This document shows positions 40,457 to 53,142 of a stretch of 64,000 nucleotides of DNA, piece after piece (position 1 is the first letter of the stretch; each line of letters opens with the position of its first letter). The notes below the pieces were generated by a model. That model did not search any database. It was given only the letters and a program-made list of their open reading frames with translations, and was not told the DNA's origin. Where the stretch lies: the NCBI GenBank assembly GCA_965112155.1, contig OZ218102.1; one strand, 5' to 3'. The stretch is from Podarcis liolepis. Taxonomy: Eukaryota. The position numbers and the translations under genes are program-made.

Positions 40457-42278
40457 GACTCATTTAAGCTGCGATATTTAAATTACCTGCCAATGCCAGG
40501 GCAAAAGAATTATCCACATAACAGATATAACTGGAGAGAGAGGCTCTCAGACACACTTCTGGAACCAAGTCAGCGCGTGGTTGATCTCGGACAAGGTCTT
40601 CTCAGCGCAGCTGACTGCTCAAGTGCTGCTATATCAGAAGATTCCTTTTATCTTTCCTGAATGACTGATGTGTTACACCTCCCCTCTTCACACTCTTCTC
40701 CCTCCCATCTCCTCTCTTGTCCTGAGTGCAGATGTCCTATAAATATATTTAACATGTTGCCAGAATTTCTTGCTTCGCTCTTAAGCAGAAAAATCCTTGC
40801 CACCATTCGTTCCCATGGGAGAATCACCTTGTGATGTGTTGGTAGGTGGGGAACAGCAGGCTGATGCCTCTACCTTTGGGGACTTGTGATGAGGACGCAT
40901 CTACTTTTTTGTAGATGGGCCTTGGACTTTAAAGGAGGGCCAACTTGATGCCAAATGAAGGCCCCGGTGGCCAGAAACCAGTCGGGAGATAATGATGAAG
41001 TCTAAATAATTTCAGCTAAGCCCTCTGCAGTTAGTCACTTGTCTAAAATCTTCATCCAGCGGATGCCAGTAAATGAAAGGTGAAGCTTTCTTCTGCCAAA
41101 GTCTAATTTACTTAAGAGGTGAGACTTACTGGTGACAGCATTGGTAATGGGCAGTATTTTCTGCTGTCAAAGTATATGAATATATTTCCATGTTCTTCTT
41201 CCTTCCCTCCCCACATGGTGCACTATTGCACCTCTGCTCCTCGCCCTCCCCCCGGAGGAAGAGTATGGTATCAACAGTAGCAACCACCCTATTCCCTCAG
41301 CACTCAGCGAAGACTTCAGACTTTTCCTGTTAACCTGATTGTGTCATTATTCGTTGGCTGGCATTTGTGCTTTGTTGCCATACTCTGTTGGAAGGGAACT
41401 CCTGAAAGAACGGGAGATTCTGATGACTCCACATCTTAGTCTGTAAGCTGCAAGGTCATTTTGTGGTGGAAGGGATAATAGTAGAGGAGAACAGTGGAGG
41501 GGTCTTAGCTAGGGACAGAAAAGACCAAAAGCAAACCTGTCCTGTGGTACTACATAACTCCCCATCATTGTGTGGGAATAGCATAACGCTTGTCTCCTAC
41601 AAGGAAGGGTTAACTTCTTTGGCCAAGATTTAAATTTGGAAGTTAGGGGGAAAGAGCTTCACTTTTATGCTGCTAAGCAGGTCCCCTCTGTGGCCTGTCT
41701 CCTCTTCATTCACTTGGCGGTAGCAATTTCCCCACAGTGAAGTTAGGTATTTGCCACAGTGGGCTCAGAAAGTCAGTGGAAACGAAGAATAAACGGGCAG
41801 CTGGTTCTGTCCTGTAGTTCTCTACTCTGGTTCAAAAGTGAGAGTTTTGTGCAAGTGCTCTGCCTTACCCATGGATTCTCAGCCTGCGTATCATCCAGGG
41901 CTGCATTAGCACCAAAGGCATAGTCTGCTTTTCTTTTTAAGTGTTTCTTTGAGCAAAGGCAAAGGAAGTCACAGCTGCAGCTAGAAGGCTTTCCTTAACT
42001 GTGCTATCCTTCAGAGTATGAAAAAAGGTTGCCTTGCACACTGAATTGCAAAGCAAGATGGAAAATGAGAGACAGATTGCCACATACTAGTTCTTCATTA
42101 TGTTTGAAAGCTCACTGTCACCCCAGCCCTGTTTCATCACTATTACTCGGATTCCATTTATACTTTGTAGTACAGTATTGACAATGTGTGGAACAGGACT
42201 GTAGATCCACTACAACTGGAGCATCAACAGGTTATTTTCTCTTGCTCGCTGGCAGAGCTGTGAGATCAGTATTTTCTC

Positions 42279-42318
<40 letters not shown>

Positions 42319-45300
42319 GGAAGTGTCTTTGGCGGTGGCTCTGTCAAGCACATAGGGGGGTTGTTTCTGTTATGTGGAGTTGGAGATCAGATAAGAGACA
42401 ATGTCATTTCTGGTGCAGCCTTTCCTTATTGTCATAACCCTTCTCTTCCCTGCTGTTGTTCCCAAACACACCTAACTGCTTTGGGGCTTTAAAACAAACA
42501 AACATGGTACTGGAGAATTAATTCTAATGTATAAAACCTGTCACCAAGGGGAAAGTAGTGAGGTTTTTTCCTGTTAAGTCATTTCAAGGAAGAAGCTGAA
42601 ATGGTGCTTTTCCAATAGAAGGAGGGCCCACCATGCCTTGGCATGGAGAAAGGCCACTGCAAAAAGCAAGACCTCCTCCCTCCAACTTCTACCCCACTCA
42701 AGTTGCATGAAGTTTACAGCCTTCAGCCTACTGCATCTCCAACCATTTGGGGAGGGCTTTGGTCTTCACTGGAAGAGAAAGGCTCTAAAGCATCTCCGTA
42801 CATGGACTTTTCAAGGGTTAATTTGATATGGGTAATTCCAAATGGATCTGATGCGAAAGCTGAAAAGGGAATATTAATGACGTTTCTGAAGAGGGGCTGA
42901 GCCCTAATATCTTTCTTTGCAATGAAATGCTAACTTGGAATTGCTAATCACAAATGGCCTTGCCTTTCACTGGTGTGGAGCGGAGAGCTCCACAGGCAGG
43001 TATTTACAGAAGGAAAAGCAGCGCACAACTGGCTCTGAGCCATAGGAGAGAACCTTGCTGTAAAACTGTGCATTTCTAACCCTAGACCAATTGAGTAGTT
43101 TAAATAACATAAGCTCAGCCTGGGCACCCAGCTGAATACGTAGCATAGGAACCCCCCCCCCCTGCAGCAACGCTAAGCCACTTTCACCGTTCCTGATTAG
43201 GCTTCTGAACAAGTTGGACCTTTTGATGACTATTTTAAGACTTTATGCTTGCTTCTGAAATTAGAAGATGGGAAAGAGACCCTGCTGCCGCCAGCAAAAC
43301 ACAAACCTATTTTGACTTCATAAAAGAAAAGGAGAGTGGTACATATGTGTATTCCCCTTTGGGTTCATATATGAATCTGCCAATTTGAACTCATGTGATT
43401 GGTACCTCTCCAAATGAGGTCTTCTGGTCCTGGGGGTCTTTTCCCTCCCATGCTATGCTCAGACATGTTTAGGAGTTAACAGTGTTATCAAAAGAAGTGA
43501 CTACTTGTGTGCTGTTTTCTGCTGTTGCTTCATACCAGGAAGGAACTATTCTATATAGGAGGGTAGAAGGAACATTCAGTAGTTTTTAGTTACAAAGGCT
43601 TATACAGCTTGCATGCCTTCCCAAATTCTCCTGGATTCGGGAAGAAAGTATTGGGGAAACTCTAGGTGGCACAAGGCACATATATGGTCCCTAAGTGGCC
43701 TACATATATGATGCATTTTAACAATGCTGAGCTGTGCCCTAATCCATTCCTCTTCCTTTAATCAAGTGGTCAAATTAGGGGGGTTGGGGGGGTTTCCCTG
43801 AAGAAGGAAGCCTTTTGGATTTTTCCTCAAGCTGCACTTCTGGGTAAATCTCCTTTTTCTGAAATCAATCTCACATATCCAGCTGAGAGTGAGCCAACTG
43901 GTTGTGGAAGCATAATTCTCACTTTAGGCCATCATGTCCTGGGCAGTTTCCACTTGGGTTTAAATGCTGCATCCTGGGAACTGCATGCTCTGGAAGCAAC
44001 ACTTCTGTATTGTAAGTCACCCTCTGCATCTTTCTGATTTATAACATGGCTGCTGGAATAAAACATGGGTGCAGCCCATGCTTTATTTATAGGCTCCCCT
44101 TCAGAATTGTGATTGACTAGTCCTCAATCTGCTTGTTAAAATCAGAGCTCTTTTCAGGACTGCAGCATCCTATATCATGGGCATAGTTATACGTTATATC
44201 TTTGGTCTGCAAAATGCAATTGGGCTGTAGCACACGAATTTAGGTCTTCTAAAGTGGCAGTAATCGTACAGAGATTTACAATTAGTGACCTTTCAGTGAT
44301 GCAAGGTATGCTCAGGATGTAGACCTTTGACAAATCAATAATAACCTTCACAGTGGAACATAACTATGCGGTTAGCCCCACTAAGAAACCATTATTACTT
44401 GGCTCTAGAGCTCATGCAAATTCACTGATCTACAGACACCATTCTAGATGCAGAAATGCTTTCCCTAAAGCGCTACTCAGCTTTTCTGGAGAAAGTATAA
44501 GTAGTTGTCTGTTCTGTAGATCTACTTGTGTACATTAAAAAACTAAAATTCACTGTTCAATGCAAATCAGTAAAACACCCAAATTCACTTAATTTGTATT
44601 GATTTGCATGCTTTCTTCTGAACTCTGCATTTGGGCACTTGCACAAGAGCAAATGGACAATGAAAGTTTAGACAGGCAAGAGGGTTGTGAAAAGCTGTAT
44701 GAGTGTGAGCGAAACAAGGTTGCAAGGGTAGGCTTCAAGAAACTAAAGCTTCAGGTTTTGACCTGAGCATTTCACAATGGTTCTTGCATGATTTCAAATG
44801 TATTTTCACTATAATGAGGGCCAGAAACTTGCTTTTTAAAAAAGGGAAGCTGGGATTCTCAGGAATCTAATATGCATAAATCATTATTGTGCACGCTGCC
44901 CGATCTATGATGCCCAAAGCAGATGCTTTAGCAGAAAGGCACAGAGGACCATTTTCTAAATACTCCATGTTTATTTTCTCCATGTTATTGGCTGCCTTTG
45001 CTGGTTAAAGCAGAGCTTTTTTTCCTCCTTATCTCTCTGGGACTAAAATGGTCATAGATGGTCAAAAAAATTCACTTCCAAATTATGAATTTAGGTTGAG
45101 TAGGGAAAAGTGACGTAGCTGTTGATCCATACAAGAGGAAATGCTCACAATATAAATTGCTAATTCTAATATCTTTTTGTACAGCACGTTAGTGTGGGGG
45201 TTGCAAGTTTAAAATCTGGCAAAATTGAATTGGCTCCTATGACAATTTATTCTCTTTAACAGCTTGCTGTTCCTTTGAAAGCAAACACCCACTAGACCAG

Positions 45301-45590
45301 TGCATGCCTTTAGCAACTGCAGGAAGCTCAGATAACTGTGGGCACAGAAGGTTAAAAAGAAAGCACATGATCTCTTATTTTTATTTGTAACTCTGCTCTC
45401 TTTGTTCTCTAGATTCTAAAAGTAATGAGTGCTTTGGAATTTTTGTGATTATGTTCTGGTGATGTGTAGCTAACGTACTAATGTTCACTTGAGCTAGGGT
45501 CATGGTAATGTGTGGTTTTTTTAAGAAAAAATATTTTAACTGTTCAGAAGATAACTTAAATACAATTATAAGATTAAGCTGTGAACCTGC
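40457..45590 (+). other. BTRC: BTRC non-coding terminal exon (3' UTR); 5' boundary solid, 3' end uncertain
   Basis: Acceptor ttttctttcctag|GACTCATTTAAGCTGCGATATTTAA resembles the recalled start of the mammalian BTRC last exon. Candidate polyA signals AATAAA 41788 and 44057, ATTAAA 44534; U/GU-rich end-like region near 45560-45610. Confidence 0.6.
42281..42316. repeat. (GT)18 microsatellite in the BTRC 3' UTR
   Basis: Direct reading. Confidence 0.95.
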
Positions 45591-46042
45591 TGAGTGTGTG
45601 TGTTTTCTTTAATCTTAAATGAATGTTTGTTTCCCAGGCACTATGTCAATGAATGAACTAGTGCAGAACTTCAACCTCATCTCATTAAGTGCATTGACTG
45701 TCATTCATTCACACTGGGGCAGCTTATTCATAAAATCTCAGCGTACTTTATAAGAGTTCCAGTCATTAATGATATCTTCCATCTAAAGCACTGTAAATTG
45801 ATCAAAACGTGTGACAGCAAAAGGAGTGCATTTATAAAGGGGAAATGGATCCTAAATGGATCCTGCAAGATATTTGAGTGAAAAACTGTGACCTTCCCTT
45901 ATTTAGAAGATGCACAGAATGCAGTTATTTAAATGTTTTTGGTTCAAAGAAGATAACATACAGAATAATTCAAATTCTACCTTCTTACTGGACCCACCAT
46001 GTTGCTTTGCCACCTTCACCTCTGGCTAACTTTTCCCATTAG

Positions 46043-46236
46043 ATAGGTAGCCGTGTTGGTCTGCCATAGTCAAAATAAAAAAATTCCTTCTAGTAGCACC
46101 TTAAAGACCAACTAAGTTAGTTCTTGGTATGAGCTTTCGTGTGCATGGTATCTGAAGAAGTGTGCATGCACACGAAAGCTCATACCAAGAACTAACTTAG
46201 TTGGTCTTTAAGGTGCTACTAGAAGGAATTTTTTTA
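46043..46236 (+). mobile_element. Palindromic Penelope-like retroelement fragment, copy 2
   Basis: Perfect 76-bp inverted arms 46072-46147 / 46165-46240; TSD TTTTCCCATTAG at 46031 and 46237; near-identical to copy 1 in opposite orientation. Confidence 0.85.
46146..46187 (+). ncRNA. Minimal type I hammerhead ribozyme motif (Penelope-associated type)
   Basis: UGGUAU-CUGAAGA-A-GUGUG(CAUG)CACAC-GAA-AGCU-C-AUACCA: 6-bp stem I, 5-bp stem II, palindromic AGCU stem III, CUC site with predicted cleavage after 46181. Confidence 0.8.
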
Positions 46237-46485
46237 TTTTCCCATTAGGTATATTTTTATTTGTGCTTAAGGCCAGTCCATTGTTTCCCTGACCTGGATT
46301 TTCTTTACAATTAGAAAGTTTGCTCTCCTAGCAGTTCACTTAGTCCACTGAAACTGGCCTTTCAGAATCTTGGTTTAAAAAAAGAGAAAATTCAATTAAC
46401 ACGCTACACATGAATCCAACAAAACAAAATACTTTAGGTGGTTTGGACAGAACCAAGGATGGAGCTCCACACTCCTGGCCGCACA

Positions 46486-46624
46486 TCATAGAATTATAGA
46501 GTCAGAAGGGACCACAAGGGTCATTAACCCAACCCCCTGCAATGCAGGAATCTTTAGCTCAATATGGGCCTTATCCTCACAACTTTGAGATTAGGAGTTT
46601 CATGCTCTACCGACTGAGCTAGCC
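46486..46624 (-). mobile_element. tRNA-Lys-derived SINE with CR1 3' tail
   Basis: Minus strand begins GGCTAGCTCAGTCGGTAGAGCATGAAACTCCTAATCTC (tRNA-Lys-like) and ends in a CR1-type ...ATTCTATGA tail. Confidence 0.8.
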
Positions 46625-49060
46625 AAGCCTCGTCTTGGCTTCTGCTGCTCTCTTTTGCCTGCCTTGCATTTTCAATAAGACTAGTGTGTGTCACCCTATG
46701 TTCTAGATGTCACTGTTCCATATATTCCAACAGACCTGCCTACTACCTTCTCCATGATTTTCCTTCAGGAAGGCTGGTGGAAAAACAGGTGGAAAACATA
46801 GGCACCTTGGAGGCACCCTCAAAACAGCAGGGCCTATATTAAGTAAAATCTGTTCTGTGTATCATAACATCCTTGTCCAACTATGCAAAATGCCTGTAAA
46901 TTGTGTGGCGCTTTGTGACGTTTCACAGGGAGAGAAAATACAATCTATGGTTGCAGAGCAAAACCGTGAACCAAGGGCAGGGAGGCGGGAAATGGTTATT
47001 TTCCAATTAGAAATCAAACTCCACAGATTGCTTGTTTGCTGGATTTAACAAATGTTTTAGACTGCAAAAAACCCAAAACTATCCAAGTAGCATTTCATTT
47101 AAGAAATAATATAAAAATTTAACAAAACAAATTCTAGACATTTCCAAACATTTGAGGACAAATTAACCACAATACTAAACTTGAAAGAAACTGAATGAAG
47201 AAAGGGGGTTCTGGCATCACCAGTTAAGGAAACCCTTCAAAACACCATAAAAGTTGCTAGCCCTCAAAATTATTTACTAGCTTGCTAGGGGCTGGTAGAG
47301 AAGTATATATGTGCTGCCATTTCTCTAAATTTTACAGCATTGCTTGCTAGTAGTGCCTTCACTTTTTACTTGTGTATTTGGAAGGTTTGTTTGTCCCTAT
47401 TTTGTTCTCAGGCTACTGGGCCCCTCACAGGGCACTGCCTGTTGCTCTCCCCTCTTTTCACCTCCTATTCCTAATACGCTAAAGGACATCTTTCCACTAG
47501 GTTTCCAGCTCAGCGTGGACATTCTCCTTTGCATGACTGGCTTTCTAGGTTGCATCTACATTTTATCTTTTGGCACCATGCCTTGAGGAAAGGGACTATG
47601 TCTGGACTATGTCAAGTAGTATGTTCTGGGCAGTTACCTGCTGAGGTCCTCTGCTTCACTCAGTCGGCCACCCAGGATGCTGTTTTGAGGAGCAGTGAGA
47701 AAACTGAAATCCTAAGGTGGCTTTGTTTAGGATTCCCAACTCCAATGATAAAATGTGCTATGACAAAGGTAGCGTATATTTCACATAAATACTATGCTGG
47801 GCTGGAAAGACTAGGCTTGCTGCATCACTTCCCCTCCTGCCCCTGCCCAAATCCAATGATCTACCAACGAACCAGGTCCAAAAGGCATATGGTTAAAATT
47901 CAAAAACTGGGAGCCTTCTGGTGCTTTCTGTACAGAGGGATTCATTTTCAGTACCAGAACTGAAATGAGCCTCAAGCCATTTCACACAAAAATCCACTCC
48001 GGATGAGCTTTCTTCATTTCAGCTGCCTCATTGAGGTGAACAAAGTTTTGGGAGTTGAAAGCATTTGCCGATCTGCAGTAGCTCACCCAGAGATTGTCCC
48101 TAGATTCTGATCAACTTTCTTTCCAATCCTGCTATGAGATGCCCATGCATTGGAGCTGTCCTTAATCATGCATTGTTGTACTAAAATTGTAGAGGGTGTC
48201 TTTAAATTGTCCTGAGTCTCCTTGCTCTCAACCACCTTCCAAATCTGCTCTGGACAAAGCTATGGGCATGCATCTCATGTACTTTTGCATCATGATGCAC
48301 ATCCAATGTTGAGAATCCCTTGAGCCAGGACAATGCATTGACACAACAGGTTTATGAGACTTGCTTGAAGTCTCATGTTACACACTAGCAATGGTGGGTG
48401 TGATGTCAGAATGCAAAAGTTTGGGTTCTGCTCAAAAAACATTGCACAGATGAGTGTAATGTCATCATGCAGGGAAAATTGAAATTTGAAAATGAAGTGC
48501 CTCTTCTGAAATTGGCCCACAATGCGAGAAGCATGTCAACTGGGAGTTGAAAGGCATTATGGATGATTGATCCTGGAACCTGGAATAGCACTCAGTTACT
48601 AGTGTGGTACTGAAGAGAAGCAAGATACTTGTGCATCTTGGCCCAAATGCTGGTATACCAGGTAGGTGGGAGAGCTAGAAGTGCTGCAAATTCTTTTTCT
48701 GGGGCAGCAAGAAATATCCAAGCTTGGCAGAATGCCCGGTTTCCGCAAAACAAATTCCATCCACCAACTTAGAAGAATACAAAAGTGTTCTTTCATGGCT
48801 AGAGTGAAGGCTTGGGAAGGGGTGGCCACCCAGTCTAGGAAAAAATGATTCTTTTGCTGCCAAGAGTTTTCAGTCTTGTGCCTTGTGGGCTGCCTCAGCC
48901 TCACAAGCTCTCCCAAAAATGAAGACTTCTGACCGTAAATTGAATAACTGCGGCCGGCTCTTTGCTGCTCTTGCCCTCCTCTTGCCAACTCAGTTCATTA
49001 CCAAACTCTGAAGGTCTCTGCTTCACCTGCTTTACTGCCTCATTTTCCAAAAGGGAAGTA

Positions 49061-49229
49061 CCGTATTTTTCGCTCTATAACACGCACCCGACCATAACAC
49101 GCACGTAGTTTTTAGAGGAGGAAAATCCGTTGGCATGCCACCCGTAGGCGTTCCCTCCATAACACGCACAGACATTTCCCCTTACTTTTTAGGAGGAAAA
49201 AAGTGAGTGTTATGGTGCAAAAAATACGG
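49061..49229. mobile_element. Tc1/mariner-superfamily (Tc2/pogo-like) MITE
   Basis: TA|CCGTATTTTTCGC ... GCAAAAAATACGG|TA; repeated ATAACACGCAC motif. Confidence 0.88.
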
Positions 49230-49909
49230 TATTTGTTCTGAGTAGGAAAGAACAAGGAAAGAAATTTGGTTTTGTTTGCATTTTAATGTGAAACTAATTC
49301 ACCCTTCTCAAACTAATGCACAAATGCATTTTGCGATTCAATTTTCCAGCCAACTTTTACAAATATGCATATATTGGCAGTAAGCATGCATAAAAAATGA
49401 ATACATTTATGAAAATAACATACAAAATTGCCTTGTGTCAGGAAACTGCAAAAAAAGTGTGCATTAGTTAAAAGGTCATAAAAAATCTTTTAATTGGATA
49501 AATTCACACTAAAATGCAGACAATGAGGATTTTTTAAAATTGCAAATTGCTGTGGAAATGTGGAGAACTGAGTGTAAGATTGGAAAATGAGAAACAAAGA
49601 GAATTGAAATCGACATTACTGATTTCTAAGGAGCAGAAATCACCTTTCCCTGGCACTGTTTCCTCACTTCACAAATACTGCTTGGGCATTGCTAAGCAAT
49701 GAAAGAACCAATTTTATTCCATGTAACATGGGCAGTGTGGCACAACTGGTTTTCTCCTCCTGATACTGGAGACCAATACTGAACACACCCTGTAGGAAAT
49801 ATGCTTTTAAAAGCCTAAATATTGGCAGGACAATAGCTCATTGATGAATATTTGCATAACAACCATATCTCCCACTGCTCCCAAAGTGAAGTGACTCAAG
49901 ACTTTAAGA

Positions 49910-50233
49910 CAGGGGTAGGCAGCCTAAGGTTCATGGGCCGGATGCGGCCCAATCGCCTTCTCAATCCAGCCCGTGGATGGTCCGGGAATCAGTGTGTTTT
50001 TACATGAGTAGAATGTGTCCTTTTATTTAAAATGCATCTCTGGGTTATTTGTGGGGCCTGCCTGGTGTTTTTACATGAGTAGAATGTGTGCTTTTATTTA
50101 GAATGCATCTCTGGGTTATTTATGGGGCATAAGAATTCGTTCATTTCCTCCCCCAAAAAATATAGTCTGCCCCCCCCACATACTCTGAGGGATGGTGGAC
50201 AGGCCCATGGCTGAAAAAGGTTGCTGACCCCTG
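49910..50233. mobile_element. hAT MITE with an internal ~63-bp direct repeat
   Basis: TIRs CAGGGGTAGGCAGCCT / AGGTTGCTGACCCCTG; perfect TSD CTTTAAGA at 49902 and 50234. Confidence 0.9.
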
Positions 50234-50650
50234 CTTTAAGAAGTTGGCACAGGCAATGTGCTAAGCATCAACAGAACTCTTCAAAAGGAGAAAATACTCC
50301 AGAGGTCACCAGTGATTTTGTGTGTGTGTGTAAGAACGTTCAATTCTTTCCAATATCAATTAAGGCCACTTGTATTATTCTAGTACACGGGTAGGAAGAA
50401 TTCAGGGTCCCAGGATCTACTCTGGGTGTTGTTATGTTTTTTTACTAAAACCTTAAGATCTACCAACTGGTGCCTGGTGCAAAAGACATACACTTACAGT
50501 GTAACCCTATACTTGCCTACTTGGTCATAAATCCTCTTGAGTTCAATAGGACACATGTGTTCCCAAGTAAATGTGTTAGGATTATTGTCTGAAAATTTAC
50601 AGGGGAAGTGCCATAGCTCATTGAGAACAACTGCCAGCATCTCCAGATAA

Positions 50651-51008
50651 AGGTAAAGGTACCCCTGACAGTTAGGTCCAGCTGTGGCCGACTCTGGGGT
50701 TGTGGCGCTCATCTCGCTTTACTGGCCGAGGGAGCCAGCGTACAGCTTCCTGGTCATGTGGCCAGCATGACTAAGCGAACCAGAGCAGTTCTGGCGAACC
50801 AGAGCAGTGCACGGAAACGCCATTTACCTTCCCACTGGAGTGGTACCTGTTTATCTACTTGCACTTTGATGTGCTTTCGAACTGCTAGGTTGGCAGGAAC
50901 AGGGACCAAGCAACGGGAGCTCACCCCGTCATGGGGATTCAAACCGCCGACCTTCTGATCGGCAAGCCCTAGGCTCTGTGGTTTAGACCACAGTGCCACC
51001 CATGTCCC
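50651..51008 (-). mobile_element. Near full-length Sauria SINE nested in an older SINE
   Basis: Minus strand starts GGGACATGGGTGGCACTGTGGTCTAAACCAC and ends (ACCTTT)n; flanking direct repeat AGATAA at 50645 and 51009. Confidence 0.9.
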
Positions 51009-51983
51009 AGATAAGGGATGTCCTATACCTGTAATTCTGGAGAACTGCCAGTTGATGCAGACAATACTGAGCAAAGTGAACCAAATGGTCTGACTTACTA
51101 TGGCTTACTATGTTCCTTACTATGTTCCTTAAGAACTTTGAGTCTAGGAATTTGGTTTAAATATCAGAACTATTCTCCTGGTTCTCCAAAGCACTGGGAT
51201 TTGCCGCTCAAAGTGCTTTTATGCTTGTCAATAAATTCTCCATTTGATCTGAGGTTCGCCAGATACTGGCTCTGTCAACCACTTTCCCTAGACTGTTTCT
51301 TGCCTTATCTCAAGGCTAATAGGCTTAAGCTGGGGTCAGTTGCAGCCCTTCGACTCTTACCGCTGCACTGTTACTGGGGTGAACCCAAAAAACATGGGCA
51401 CCTCTCCAGATGTGTGACTGCATGGTGTGCCAACATGGTTTTAGAGCAAATTTAATCACACCAAGAGAAATGATTTTTTGAACAGAAGGCAACTTGTGTT
51501 TTCATGCAGAAAATAAATCTCCATGCTTTTTTTTTTTAAAGGACAGTGTGATTGGGTAGGGAGAGGCACAAAATTTATGCTAGTGGTTGGAGGGACTTTT
51601 TATTACTTTTGGGAAAGGTTTGGGAGAGCAGACTCTTCCTTTCAACACCATGCAACTGGAACAGGAACAAAGATGTTGAGAAGCCTTGCTATTTGGGGGT
51701 GGGATTCAAGCACATACCACCCAATTCAGGTTGTGATAGTAGATCAGGAAGACTTGCACAACAAACCCACTTTCCCAAAATATCGATTTTTTTGGAAATA
51801 TGGAAAGTAATGGGGAAATGCACTGGAAACTATGGAAAGTGATGCAACATTGTCTAAACAAACTCCCTGGAACCAGATAGAGATGAATGCTCACTAACAA
51901 GTCAGCATTGTCTAGCTGCTCTGTGAACAAATGAATCAGGATAAATGCTCAATCAACAGCTCACTTAGAAGCACCTCAAGTTT

Positions 51984-52320
51984 TATGAGGAATGGCTGAA
52001 GGAACTGGCCATGTTTAGCCTGAAGAAAGCACAATTAAGAGGTAATATGAAAGCCACCTTCAAATAGATGAAGCCAAGTTTGTCTTCTGTTGCTGCACAG
52101 TGTAGGGATAGGAACCAAAACCAATGGGTTCAGCCTAATGAGTGGATTTAGACCACACATTACTAAATATTGCCTGGTGGTATGAACTGTTCAACACCCT
52201 TGGAAAGCAATGAACTTTCCTTAGTTAGAGATTTTAGTTAGAGTCCACCTAGCAGTGGACTTCCCCAATCAGCAAGGAGTTAAACTACATGCCCCACTTG
52301 AAATCTCTCCCAAATCTGTG
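51984..52320 (+). mobile_element. CR1 LINE 3' fragment (end of ORF2 and UTR, degenerate)
   Basis: TATGAGGAATGGCTGAAGGAACTGGCCATGTTTAGCCTGAAGAAA resembles the YEERL-ELG-FSL-KR C-terminus of CR1 ORF2. Confidence 0.75.
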
Positions 52321-53097
52321 AGGCTATATAGACTCACGATGCATTGCTACCTCATCCCCCTCTAGCACCCGACATGAAATCCTGAAAGAAAAGGATCCCA
52401 TTCTGTTCTCCATTTAGGGCAGGAAGTCCACATGTTGCTGGACTCTCAACTTCCATCAGCCCCAGCATAGACTCATTGAAATGAATGAACATGGCTAAGG
52501 TAGCCAATTAATTTTGATGGATCTACTCTAAACAAGGCTGAATTGAATCCCACCCTTCAGCTCTACAATGGCCCTTATTGTTATACATTTCTAATGTGCT
52601 AATCCCTTCTCCTACAACCGTTATCCAGGTACAGAGAGAGTTAACATTGCCCTGGGCAGCTGCCAATGCTGGAAGGTCCTAGCGGCTCCAGGTTCTGCAC
52701 TATGTATCTCTTTCTCAAATAAGCGAAGCGAATCACATCAACCATCATGTGATTGAGCACTGCCTCTAAGGGCTTAATGAAGCAGAGCTTTTCTTCCGTC
52801 CCTTGCATCTTTCTCTCCCTATCTTACTTTTACTGCCTTGGCCCATGTGCTTGTGGCTTTTTCTGTCCGTCATTTGGCAAGTTGGGGGGGTGGGGAGGTG
52901 TGTGTCTGCGTCTCCGTAGCTTGAGCCTCCAGAGGGTCTTACAGCATCAAGTATTACTTTGCTGAGTTTTTCATCTCTCCTGGACAATCCCATCATGGGT
53001 CACTGAAATGAGCAAGTGGATCTCAGCCAGGCAACTTCACTTCTTCCTGCTGAACCTTCATTGCATTGTCTGGACATAAAAGACAGAGATTGCCCAA

Positions 53098-53142
53098 ATG
53101 GACAACAGCCTGCGTTTTGACTTCCACAGAAAGATCACTGGG
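53098..53142 (+). CDS. SLC2A15: Putative first coding exon of the class II GLUT gene: MDNSLRFDFHRKITG
   Basis: ATG with A at -3 and G at +4; in-frame upstream stop TAA 53077; strong donor GGG|gtaagt; phase 0 matches the next exon. Confidence 0.65.

Noticed and set aside
46550-46624. tRNA-Lys gene on the minus strand
   Set aside because: Anticodon arm, T-arm and acceptor stem are degenerate and it is fused to a CR1 tail, so it is a SINE head.
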